The position numbers and the translations under genes are program-made. The notes beneath the pieces were generated by a model, which saw only the letters and a program-made list of their open reading frames with translations, did no database searches and had not been told where the DNA came from. Of a DNA stretch of 64,000 nt, positions 11,390-23,933 are shown in pieces; position 1 is the stretch's first letter, and the number at the start of each line of letters is the position of its first letter. The stretch is from positions 1,612,001 through 1,676,000 of the forward strand of contig NC_043005.1 of NCBI RefSeq assembly GCF_006345805.1. The letters run 5' to 3'. The stretch comes from Octopus sinensis (Eukaryota).

Positions 11390-12805
11390 AATATACTATT
11401 CAGGGTACAAGTAGGGGTTCACCAAGGATCAGTCCTCAGCCCCTCTTGTTCATCATAATCCTCCAGACAATAACAGAGGAATTTAAGTCAGGCTTCCCCC
11501 TGGGAGTGACCTTGTTTTTATAGTTGATTTACTAGCAGAACTAGAGAAAGAATTCTAGGTGTGTAGACAAGGTCTAGAATCAAAGGGCCTTAGAGTTGAT
11601 TCAGTGAAAAACTAAAGTTTTAATGAGTAGGAAGGTGGACAAGTCACAAATCCCTTCTCAATATGTAGAAAAGGCATAGGCAGAAATTGCATAAGGTGTG
11701 CCTGGTGCAAGCTTTGGATGCATAAGAGGTGCAGCAATATCAGAGGAAGGTTAACGGGGATAACAGTCTTTGTGTGTGGCAGATGTCCAGGTACAATAAA
11801 CACTAGGAATGTACAGAAAACAGACTCCATCAAATGCCAGTGGAGATACCTAGAAGTAGTTGATAGCTTCCATTATCTAGGTGACCAAGTTAGCAGTGGA
11901 GGTGGGTGCTCTGAGAGAGTAGCTGCAAGAATAAGAATAAGCTGGGCAAAGTTCAAAGAGCTTCTACTTCTGTTGGTAACAAAAGGCCTCTCCATCAAAA
12001 TGAAAGGCAGACTGTATGTTACCTGTGTGTGAACAGCCATGCTTCTTGGCAAGGCTTGAAAGAAATGAAGCTTGTAAGCTTTATTAGATGTGCAATATCA
12101 GTGTGCATGTAAAAACATAGTGTAAATGTCTTGAGATGTGGTGTTCAAGAAAGATGAATGCACTGGCATGGTCAGGTGATGCATATGGACGAGGACAGCT
12201 GTGTGAAGACTTGCCAATCTCTAACTGTGGAGGGAAACTGTGGAAGAGGTAGACCCAGGAAGATATGGGATGAGGTGGTGCAGCATGACCTCCAAATGTT
12301 AGACCCCACAGAGGTGACCAAGACCTTTGGCAATCTGCTGAGCTTGAGAAAACTTGTCAAACCAAGTGAAACCGTAATCAGTGTCATGTAAATGGCACTC
12401 ACGAAATTCTAATCATGGCCATTGCTGGTAGCATGTTCTTTGAATGTTTCATGGAGGGGGAAAAAGAAGTGGTAAGGCAAGAATCTCAAACGTTGGGTCT
12501 CATGGAAGTGACAGCAAGTTGCCAAACCCTTTGGCAATATGCTGAGCTTGAGAAGACTCATCAAACCAAGTGAATCCTTCATTGTGGCCATTGCTAGTGT
12601 CATGGAAGTGGCAAACATTCTGGTGGCACATAAGCAGCACCCCATTACACTCACGGAGTGGTTGGTGTTAGGAAGGGCATCCAGCTGTAGAGACCCTGCC
12701 AAATTCAGATCGGAGTCAGGTGCGACTCCCTGGTTTAACAGTTTTCAGTCAAACTAACCCATGCCAGCATGGAAAGTGGATATTAAATAATGATGATAAT
12801 GATGT
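11390..12805 (+). mobile_element. 5'-truncated RTE LINE (RT C-half, PHD-like insert, 3' UTR)
   Basis: GVHQGSVLSP, LEVVDSFHYLGD, GRGRPRKIW, (TGA)n tail. Confidence 0.9.
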
Positions 12806-13299
12806 ATGACTGTGTGTATGTATGTGTATGTATGTATGTATGTATGTATTCATGCATGTATGTATGTATGTATGTATGTATGTATGTATGTATGTATGTA
12901 TGTATGTGTGTGTATGTATGTGTATGTATGTATGTGTGTATGTATGTATGTGTGTATGTATGTGTGTATGCATGTGTATGTATGTATATGTGTATGCATG
13001 TGTATGTATGTATGTGAATATGTATGTGTGTTTGTATGTATGTATGTATGTATATATAATGTTTTTGGATTAGTACCCGATGCAACACAAAATCCTACCC
13101 ATAACGAACAGTTGCAGGATGAGTCAAAATGATTATTGTATTAAACAAAAACTAATGCCAAATCTATTTTCTGTTTCCTTCATCAATTATCATCATCATC
13201 ATCATCATCATCATCATTATCATTAATACAGAAAGGATTGAGGTAAATCCTCCTGAAGATATACAGTCAAATTTAAAAGAAGAGTGCCATTATCATCTT

Positions 13300-14480
13300 G
13301 TGTGTCTTTAACTGGTTCAAAAAATAAATTTGTCAATCTACTTCATTTTGGTTAATATAGAAACCTGTGACCATATGTTTGACCAGAATCTTTTGTATTT
13401 TTCAGTATCTGGAATGGCTTTTTCACTTTTTTCTTTCCCATCCAGTTTCTGATAGACTTGTTTCTGATTTTGTTTGAAAAGTCTGTTTAACCTGTGCTGC
13501 TCAATTCTCTGTTCATATCTCTTTAGTTTATGTGCTTCAGCTTTCAACCTCTGTTTTGATTCCTCAATCACAACATTGATTCCCCTTCTCCTCACCCTAT
13601 ACTTCCTCTCAACATGTTTCTCTCACAGAACTTTATTTCTCTTTTTCCTTTCCAGAATATTAATATGCTTTCTTGCCTCGTTAATAGACTTTGTTATTCT
13701 GGGCTACAAAGATTGAGATTGCATTTATGACATTGTGGGTGTCTGTGATGTTGTCTGCCCTGATATCACCAGTGATATCATTTATCTTCCTGACCCATTC
13801 AATGAGTTTCTTTCTGTCTATTTTTTAAACCCCATATAAAAGTTCTGCTCACCAGAGGTCCAACTATCAATAATTTCATTTAAAATGGATATCTGTTCCT
13901 CGGTTCTCTCATCGCTTTCCTGATCAATAATCTCAGCCTCCTGCTCGCTTTCTTCCTTCAACTCCACTGCCATACTTTCCCCATCTGCATTCCCTTCCAA
14001 ACCCTTCCGTTCACCACTGCTATTACTATCCCTAAGCATCCGTCACGTAATGCTTTCTAGTTCAACTAGAGATAACCATTCATACTTTCTGATGGCTCCA
14101 GCTTGGCCACACAGGCCCCTGTCGCTCTGCACCCTGTGCATTCTTTCCCTATATCCCCTAGCAGGTACTTCATTATCATTTCTTGGATTAACCAGAAAGT
14201 AGCCCTCCATTACAGCCACATTCATTTCTTCCGTCCACTTTCTTTTAGCAGTTGTTTAATGATGATTGGGCCCATGATGCTCAGCCATGGGGCACCCACC
14301 AGGAAGGGACCTTCACAAGGTGCTCCAGCCTCATACATGCCATTCTCATTTCTATTTTCAATTGACATTTCAGCTCCCATGATGAGGGTTAGGGAAATTT
14401 TAGGATGCACAACCACCAGTATATTTTTTTCCCATGACACCATCACTGACATGATCTCCACTCTAGGTTATAAGATTCCT
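13300..14480 (-). mobile_element. R4/Dong-clade LINE 5' fragment (Myb-like N-terminus and linker)
   Basis: MNVAVMEGYFLVNP...RGYRERMHR and EESKQRLKAEAHKLKRYEQRIEQHRLNRLFKQNQKQVY; (TAAA)n/(TAA)n on its sense strand upstream. Confidence 0.75.
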
Positions 14481-14586
14481 GTATTCCTGGTTTCATTTTT
14501 GGAATTTCTGTCTTTGTTATCTATTTATCTATTTATTTATTTATTTATTTATTTATCTATTTATTTATTTATTATTATTATTATTA

Positions 14587-14638
<52 letters not shown>

Positions 14639-15192
14639 GAGTGAGAGAGCAGTGCATGCCAACAAAGTGACACTGGGGTAAGATATACGAAGCCCAGTAT
14701 ACCCATCATGACTACCTGTCTGATAAGGGTACACTAGGCACATATATCACAACCATATGTGTGTGACATGGTGATCTCATATCAAGATAAACAGCGCATG
14801 ACCTTGCAGGTTGGGCCCAGTCAGAATATTCTTCTGGTCGAGTAACCCATCCCACTCAAAAAGGTCCCTGAATAAGGATTGTTTAAGGATGTTGAACGAA
14901 CCACCCATATTTCCAAAGGTGAATTATCCAAACCTCCAAGAATTCCTTTCAACACATGGCTATGATGCTCCCCCACTAGTTCTGCTCATGATCAGAGATG
15001 CACATATCGTCAGCGACTAAGGGAGATGGTCAACTGGTTAAGGTCAAACAACTGACAAGCAAATCGGTGGTATTGAGCAGAATATTTGCTGTAGCCCATC
15101 TTTTATACCAAGACAAAACAACGTACATGATAACACTTCCAATCAGTTAAGATCAGAACCACGAGAGCCACTGCCTGGTACTGCATCAGGGC

Positions 15193-15194
<2 letters not shown>
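14639..15194 (-). mobile_element. Unclassified ~556-bp non-coding interspersed element flanked by TAA tracts
   Basis: Sharp junctions to (TTA)n on both sides; diverged homolog in the opposite orientation at 25616-26150; no coding motif. Strand is assigned by assumption. Confidence 0.7.
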
Positions 15195-15233
<39 letters not shown>

Positions 15234-15249
15234 TATTATTATTATTATT

Positions 15250-15354
<105 letters not shown>

Positions 15355-15409
15355 TTTATTATTATTATTATTATTATTATATGTATATATACATACATAT
15401 ATATATATA

Positions 15410-16230
15410 TATATACCAATTTAGGGACGATACAACGAATAAGTAAAGAAAATCTCTTTATTACAAAATACAGGCCACTTCTTAACGGGTCTATGACAAA
15501 CAATTAATATACCTCAACTTTAGAATAAAAGAAATATATACACACACAAATATTACACTCCATAGAATCCATTACTAATCAGCCCCATCACAGCTATACT
15601 TTCACCCATTCATATTCTCCCTTCTCTGTTTTTTTCTTCTTCTTCCTCTTCTTCTTCATCATCATCATTATCATCATCATCGTCGTCATCATCATCACCA
15701 CCATCATCACCATCATCTTCTCCTTCTCCTTCTTCTTCTTCTTCTTCTTCTTCTTCTTCTTCTTCTTCATCATCATCATCATCAACATCGTCATCTTCTT
15801 CTTCTTCTTCTACTTCTCCACCTTCTACCCCTTAACCTTGTCACTAATGTCTTTCAGTATAACGCCTACGCAAATTCCATAAACAATTCCTGAATTGAAC
15901 TGCGACTGCTGTCAGCCACTGACCATTCAAAATACGACCATCAAGGCATTCCCAGATTTCCCCACCCCCTCTCCACATCAGCCTCCTTATTCTTCACCTA
16001 CCCTACCAAGAACTCACAATGACCTCGAACACACAAGTGCAAACAAGGGAGTCAGAGAAAGGCAGAATGCTACTTATATCTGAACACTACTACAGAAATA
16101 TTCTTTTAAAAAAACTTTTCTTCTAATTTTTCTAAATTGAATTATTTAATCGTTACAGTTGAAAAGGTCTCAAAATGACCGAAACCGGTACTGAAAGATT
16201 CACTATAAAATTATCTTAGCATTTTCTATT
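15410..16230 (+). mobile_element. Penelope-like element 3' end (GIY-YIG C-terminus and LTR remnant) with an inserted (CAT/CTT)n tract
   Basis: RISKENLFITKYRPLLN at about 15435-15490 resembles the GIY-YIG C-terminal R...E..FI....P.LN motif; degenerate hammerhead at 16156-16193. Confidence 0.55.
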
Positions 16231-16315
16231 TTTGACTTGTTTTTTCATATATATATTTATATATATATATATATATAATATATATATATATATTATATAT
16301 ATATATATATATATA

Positions 16316-19300
16316 TCATCATCATCATCAACATTGTTTAACGTCCGTTTTCCCTGCTGGTATGGGTTGGATGGTTTGACTGAAGACTGGCAAGCCAGTA
16401 GACTGCACCGGGCTCCAATCTGATCTGGCAGAGTTTCTACAGCTGGATGCCCTTCCTAACACCAACCACTCCTAGAGTGTAGTGCAGCATTGGCATCGGC
16501 CACATTCGGATGGTGCTTTTTACCTGCCACCTGCACAGGTGTCAATCAGGCAGCACTGACCATGACTACAGTTTCAATTTCACTTGATTTAAGAGGTCTT
16601 CTCAAGCACATCATATCGCGTAATGATTCAAGGGTACTTTTAAATGTGCTGATTATGTGATACTGAGATTAGCCATGGCTGCGATCTCACTTTACTTGCT
16701 GGGTCTTCTCAAACTCAGCATATCTCCAAAGGTCATGGTCTCTTGTCATTGCCTCTGTGAGGCCCAATGTTTGAAGGTCATGCTTCACCACCTCATCCCA
16801 TGTCTTCCTGGGTCTACCTCTTCTACAGGTTCCCTCCACAGTTAGGCTGTGGCACTTCCTCACACAGCTGTCCTCACCCATACATAGCACATGACCATAC
16901 CAGCTCAGTCATCTCTCTTGCACACCACATCTGATGCTTCTTATGTCCAACATTTTTTCTCAGGATGCTTACACTCTGTTGTGTATGCACACTGACATTA
17001 TACATCCAGTGAAGCATACTAGCTTCATTTCTTTCAAGCCTATGCATATCCTCAACTGTCACAGCCCATGTTTCACTGCCATGTAGCATGGCTCTTTATA
17101 CACATGCATCATACAGTCTACCTTTCATTCTGAGTGAGAAGACCTTTGTTACCAGCAGAGGTAGGAGCTTTCTGAACTTTTCCCAGGCCATTCTTATTCT
17201 AGCAGCTATGCTCTCAGAGCATCCACTCCAGCTACAGACTTGGTCACCTAGGTAGTGGAAGCTATCAACTACTTCTAGTTTTTTCCCCTGACATGTGATG
17301 GAATCTGTTTTCTGTACATCTTCAGTGTTTATTGCCCCTGTGCATCTGCCACACACAAAAACTATCTTCCTGGTTAACCTTCCTTTCATATTGCTGCACC
17401 TCTTATGTGTCCATAGCTTGCACCAGGTACATCTTATGGAGTTTCTACTTACACCATTTCTACAGATCAAGCAGGGCCATCTACCTGAAAGCATTTGTGA
17501 TTTGTCTACCTTCCTACTTATTAAGAATTTGGTATTTGCTAGATTGACTCTTAGGCCCTTTGATTCTAGACCTTGCTTCCATACCTGAAACTTCATCTCT
17601 AGTTCTGGTAGTGACTCAGCTATTAGAGCAAAGTCATCAGCATGAGGAGCTCTCAGGGGCAGCCTGTCTTTAATCTCTGTTATTACCTGCAGGACTATGA
17701 TGAACAATGGGGGCTGAGGACTGATCCTTGGTGGACCCCTATGTCTACCTGAAATTCTTCATCATACTCATTGCCAACCCTCGCCTTACTGACAGCATCC
17801 CTGTACAGGGTTTATACAGCTCTTACCAACCACTCATCTATCCCTAGTTTCTGCATTGACCACCAGATAAGGGATCTGGAGACCCTGTCAAAGGCTTTCT
17901 CAAAGTCAACAAAAGCCAAGTACAGAGGTTTATCTTTGACTATGTATTTCTCCCGCAGTTGCCTCACTAGAAATATAGCATCAGTGGTGCTTCTACCTGG
18001 CACAAAACCAAACTGCATCTCATCTAGACTGACTCTTTCCCTAATTAGTTGGGCTATGACCCTCTCCGTGACCTTCATTACCTGATCCAGCAATTTGATA
18101 CCTCTGTAGTTATTTCTATCTAAAGCATCACCCTTACCCTTGTAGCAGTTGACTATGGTGCTGCTACACCAGTCATTGGGTATGACTCCTTCATGAACTC
18201 CCTGATTTACGATGTTGGTGACAAGACCATAACCCACACTGTCCGATATTTTAAGCATCCTAGCAGTGATTCCTGATAGGCCAGGTGCTTTCCCTGTCTT
18301 CATATTCTTAATTGCTTTATCTACCAGGGTACTGTCAATTTGGATCTCTGGTCTCTCAATTGGGTCAACATTTGACAGACTCTCCTCCTCTCATTCATTC
18401 TCCACATTCAGTAGTCTTTCATAATAGCATCTTTAAGCCTCTTTCTTTTCATCCATGCAGACACATTTTTCTCTTATGGCATCAAAATTTTCTCTCATAC
18501 ACTATTTTGCAATCCTTCAATTCTGTGGTTCTCATGTTGCTGAACATTGGCAAACTTCTTTTCTGCTTCTCCCTTGGCTATATATACCTGTCTTCTAGCT
18601 TCCCTTCTGGCTAACTGATACATTTCCCTGCTGCCTCCACTCTTCCAGGCCTTCCAAAGCTTGTTTCTTAGCTCTAATGGCCCTGTCTACAGTATTGTTC
18701 CACCACCACGTTACTCTAGGTCTGGAAGGGATTTGCATCAACCACAGATTTGGTCTGTGGTGCTCAGCAAGCTGTCTCACAGGAATTCTCAGTTGCCCTC
18801 TCTGTCACAAGTGTGTAGCTCCTCCTCCCTCTCATCAAATTTCTCAGTGAGAATGTCCCTAAATCTCTGACCATGTGAAGGTATCTTAAGCTTCCAAATC
18901 CTTCTTTTCCAGATCGGTCTGCTTCTTGGCATTCTTCTGGCCTGGAGTCTAAAGTCACTAATGACTAGTCTATGCTGGGGGGTACATTCTTCATCAGGGA
19001 AGGTCATTGTTTTTAAGAGCAACCCTGCATCCTGCTGTCTGATGAGGATGAAATCCATCTGGCTTGCAGAGTCACCTGATTGATAGGTTATCAGGTGGCT
19101 GGCTGGCTTCCTGAAGTTGGCATTGCAGATCAATTGTTGCTTGCATGACAGAACTCCAGTAGCCTAGTTCCCCTTCGTTTCGGAAACAAATTCCAAGCCC
19201 CACCCCCATGAACACCATAGAAGATACCAGGTTGCCGTCTGACATACCCATTCAAGTCTCCAGCCACAAAGATGAAGTCATTGTCGCTAATCTTTGAGGT

Positions 19301-19770
19301 AACCTATAGTAGAATATCATAAAAGTGGTCCTTCTGTTCATTTGGTAGGCCCACTTGTGGGGCATAGGCAGAGATAATTGTAGCTATACCATTCTGCAGG
19401 ACTAGCCTGAATTTAATTATATCCATCGCACACCATGATTACCTCTACGACCTTATCCACCCATTTCTCTGTAAGATGTATGCCTACACCACATACTCTG
19501 TCACAGTTACCTTCCCAGAAGAGTTTATACCTATGTGCCTAGCCTGTGAGGACCCTGGCTGAAGCTCTTCTCCACCTTACCTCTTGTATGCAGCATACAT
19601 CAACATGTCTCCATTCAAACATCTCTACAATCTCACTAGAACTACATTTCAATGGGCCTACATTGATAGTGCCAACTCTGAAAACTGGGAAAAGGATGTG
19701 GGAGGAAGTATGGGAAGGGGAGATGTTATTCAGCACCTGAAAAGGTTTCCGTGATCGTTTGATAGACATG
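16316..19770 (-). mobile_element. Near full-length RTE LINE (APE endonuclease, RT with PHD-finger insert), decayed
   Basis: VGTINVG, VCCIQEVRW, SQMDFILI, PQHRLVISDF (APE); GKAPG, NYRGIKLL, QFGFVPGRSTTDAIF, FVDFEKAFDRV, HADD (RT); 3' UTR with (TGA)n tail. Confidence 0.93.
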
Positions 19771-19913
19771 TCACATCAGTTGTTCTAGCTTTTAACCTAC
19801 CATCATTCCAACATGTTAAAATTGTTGCCCCTACTGGGGTCGAGTTAAGGAAGTATTGTAAATGAAAGTGTTTTGGGTATTGTAAAGATAAGCGTTACTG
19901 GTGCTGCAGATAT

Positions 19914-19917
<4 letters not shown>

Positions 19918-19944
<27 letters not shown>

Positions 19945-20915
19945 TTAGCGTCCGCTTTCCATGCTAGCATGGGTTGGACGGTTCAACTGGGGTCTGTGAA
20001 GCCAGAAGGCTGCATCAGGCCCAGTCTGATCTGACAGTGTTTCTACGGCTTGATGCCCTTCCAAACACCAACCACTCCGTGAGTGTAGTGGGTGCTTTTT
20101 ACATGCCACCTGCACAGGTGCCAGACGGAGCTGGCAAACGGCCACAGACGGATGATGCTTTTTACATGCCACCGGCACGGGTGCCAGGCGATGCTGGCAA
20201 TGGCCACGATCGGATGGTGCTTTTTACATGCCACCGGCACGGGGGCAAGGCGAGGCTGGCAACGGCCACGAACAGATGGTGCTTTTACGTGCCACCGGCA
20301 CAGGGGCCAGGCGAGGCTGGCAACGGCCACGAACAGATGGTTCTATGTGCCACTGGCACGAGGGCCAGGCGAGGCTGGCAACGACCATGAACGGATGGTG
20401 CTTTTACATGCCACTGGCACAGGGGCCAGGCGAGGCTGGCAACGGCCACGAACGGATGGTGCTTTTTATGTGCCACCGGCACGGAAGCCAGTTGGGGTGG
20501 CGCTGGCAACGGCCACGATCGGATGGTTCACTTACTTGTCACCGGCACTGGTATCACAGCTGCAATTTCCATTGATGTTGATCGACTTCGATTTTGGTTC
20601 TGCTTTCTGATATCTGATTTGATTTGGTTTGATTTTGATTTTGATTTTCACTTGCCTCAACGGGTCTTTACAAGTGGAGTTCTGTGTCCCAAGAAAGAAA
20701 GGCATGTATAAGTCGACTGGTTACATACCAGGTAGAGGCCACGGGTTATGGTCTCACTAGTCTTGCCGGGTCTTCTCACGCACAGCATACTTCCATAGGT
20801 CTTGGTCTCTAGTCATTTCCTTGGTGAGACCTAAAGTTTGAAGGTCGTGCTTCACCACCTCGTCCCAGGTTTTTCTGGGTCTACCTCTTCCACAGGTTCC
20901 CTCAACTGCTAGGGT
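19918..20915 (-). mobile_element. 5'-truncated RTE LINE with an expanded 3' UTR minisatellite
   Basis: RTE 3' UTR and tail; seven ~61-63-bp units at 20091-20525. Confidence 0.88.
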
Positions 20916-21726
20916 ATGGCTAAAAATAAAAATAAATATAAATATGCCAATGTTAAATTAAGTAAGCAAATAGGCTGCTATCAGGCTGGGCTAGAGAAAG
21001 GAAAAGGGGAGAGATTACTGGTAGAAGAGTGGAGACTACCAGTAGGAGAGAACTGATTTCTGGTTAGAGGAATGGGATTTATATATATAACACTCTCTCT
21101 TGCCTTCATTCTTACCTTTTTTGTTTCTCTCACCCTCTCACTTCTATTCTAGTCTTTCGACTTTCTCCTTTTCTCTCTCTCCCTCTCTCTTACTATCTCT
21201 CTCTTCTGCCTACTGCTGTCACATGGCCTGTGGCCAGCTCTCTCCCTTTCTCACACTGGTCCCATAGCTGACCAGTCACAAACTCTCTGCCTCTCCATTC
21301 TCCTTCCTTTAGGATATCTTCTAAGTCTTATCCCCTATTCTTGTCCTCTTGGCCCTAAGGCCATATTTTGTTTGTCTGTTCGTCCCTGTCCACTGTCCGA
21401 AATCACACACTCTGTTGTTTTACTTTGTCTTGTTTGCTCTCGGCCCTGAATTCTCCACAAGAACAAAATGTTGTGGGAAGCGCCAATATGGGAAGCCTTA
21501 GTCTTATCATTAATTGTATGAAACAGAGTTGATAACTTGTTGATAACTGATGAAGAATTAGGGATTTTCTCTGTTTGTCTCCCGTCTGATTGGACCCTCA
21601 GTATGTGTTATGTCATTTGTTTATTTACCATACATTTTTTTTCTTTTATTATGTATATATACATGTATGTGGATATATATGTAAATATACAAATGTATAT
21701 GTGTGTATATACATATGTATATATAT

Positions 21727-21773
<47 letters not shown>

Positions 21774-21890
21774 TATGTTTTTACATACAATGCATATATA
21801 TATATATATACACACACACTTACATATGATGCACATATATGTATATATGCATATATATATATATATGTATGTATATATATATATATATAT

Positions 21891-22330
21891 GACAATTGTG
21901 GTAAATAATTCCCTAATGCAGATAGCTTAATTAGATATAAATAAATTGAAGCCGGAGAGAAACCATGTGATTGTGGTTTCTGTGGTGAATCAATCTCCCT
22001 TGCAAATACCTTAATCATACATGCAGAAGAAACCCCATATCAGTGTGATATCTGTGAGAAACTGTTTTCACAAAATTCTGTATTAATTAAACACAACCAT
22101 ATTAATACAAGAAAGAAACCATACCATTGCGTTTATCAGTGATAAACTATTCTTTGACTCAAACAAGAAACAAGTTGTTTCTAACCAGAAGAGCAACATA
22201 ACTGGTAGCCAGAGTGAATTATTCTCTCAAATATCTCACCTGATTATGTAAACTGTAAGTATTCCAGTTTGTAGAATATGTTGACCATTTCAATTCTAAG
22301 AGATGGTCGAAAGGCTTTCAGCAAAACCCC
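21891..22330 (+). pseudogene. Degenerate tandem C2H2 zinc-finger relic
   Basis: One frame from 21891 reads [78 protein letters not shown]; further remnants (LFSQISHLIM, CRIC) to about 22330. In-frame stops and lost His/Cys ligands. Confidence 0.85.
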
Positions 22331-22398
22331 TCTTAATGCATGCCAGCATGTAAAAGCAGATGTAAAAACAATAAGGACAAGGAAAAATATTTACATCT

Positions 22399-22399
<1 letters not shown>

Positions 22400-22484
<85 letters not shown>

Positions 22485-22545
22485 GTCTGTCTGTCTCTCT
22501 TTCTGTCTGTCTGTCTGTCTGTCTGTCTGTATGTATGTATGTATG
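22400..22545. repeat. (TCTA)n-(TCTG)n-(TATG)n compound microsatellite
   Basis: Direct reading. Confidence 0.95.
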
Positions 22546-22590
22546 TATCATGTTATAATAAAACCACAAATATCGTTAAAGACAACTACC

Positions 22591-23015
22591 CAGGACTTCC
22601 TGGTTGAAATAATAATTTATTTCACCATTTTTCAAGCTGAGAAGAAGACTGTTTCTCAGTTTATCTTTTGAGCAGATGATTTTTAAATAAGAGATGCTGA
22701 TGAAGAACTTGAGAACCTCCAATGAATGCATAAATTCCCAGAATGAGATTATTTTCTGTATGTCCGTATTTCAACAGATACATCTTATCGGAATTTAAAA
22801 ATAGACCAGCAGACACTTTGTAAACTACCAGCATCTTGTTTCCATCTGACACAGAATTATTGGGAACATTGATTATCGCCCTTGTATTTTTCTTTTGTCT
22901 TCTTCATTATCGGCATCTCTTGTTTAAAACGTTATCTGCCCAAAAGACAACTAACGAACGATATTCTCAGCTTGATAAATAGTGAAGGAATAATTATTTC
23001 AACCAGGAAACCCTG
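22591..23015. mobile_element. MITE with ~50-bp imperfect TIRs starting CAGG (hAT-like)
   Basis: caggacttcctggttgaaataat...tcaagctgagaa versus ttctcagcttga...attatttcaaccaggaaaccctg; no intact TSD seen. Confidence 0.7.
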
Positions 23016-23120
23016 CACCCTGGGTGACTGTATTTAACAAGATTTGTGGTTTTATTTTAACATTATCTTTACTCTCTTAGCTGATCAAATGTTCTGCTTA
23101 TTGAAGCCTTACCACATAAG

Positions 23121-23163
<43 letters not shown>

Positions 23164-23199
23164 CATGTGTGTGTGTGTGTATATATATATATCTATATG

Positions 23200-23232
<33 letters not shown>

Positions 23233-23244
23233 GTATATGCATAT

Positions 23245-23287
<43 letters not shown>

Positions 23288-23786
23288 ATATGTATGTATA
23301 TATATGTATCCAGGTATGCATATATGGCTACAGGACAACATAAAATGTAAATAACATGAAATACGAAAATAAAGTTGGGTATGCAAAGAACGAGAGAAAC
23401 AAATGGAAAACATGACAAGTAACATAAAAAACAGCCCTTCATCAGTTGTCGGTTGTCCTTCTACTCCATATTTCCAGCAATGAATGATAATATAAGACTT
23501 TGAAGGCAGTTGCTTCTGCGAACCAAAATAAAATTTGGGATTTGCGAAGAGTCAAAGTTGGTAACAAAAACAAGACATACAACAAACCAAATGAAACAAA
23601 GACAAAGAGGGAGGACCGTTCGGCCAGGACGTGGTAAGGCAGCGAAAACTGGAAGAAGATTCTTTGATAAGAGAAAAGATAGGAGAGGAGGCAGATAAGA
23701 ATGCATCTGGAGTGCGAGAGAGACTGAAGAAAAAGAAAGATGACTACATGAGGGAAAGAAGGATAGATGAATGCCACATTGTGAGC

Positions 23787-23837
<51 letters not shown>

Positions 23838-23898
23838 TAGAAAATGGTGAAAGGGAGAAAAAAGAATTAGAGAAAGGATGAGAGAGAAAATGAAAGGG

Positions 23899-23933
<35 letters not shown>

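Noticed and set aside
20091-20525. CRISPR-like repeat array or coding repeats (ORFs 138 and 172 aa)
   Set aside because: Contiguous units with no unique spacers, no cas genes, eukaryotic context; part of the RTE 3' UTR.
23400-23480. CTGATGA on minus as a hammerhead core
   Set aside because: No GAAA after a closable stem II; type II permutation also fails to pair.
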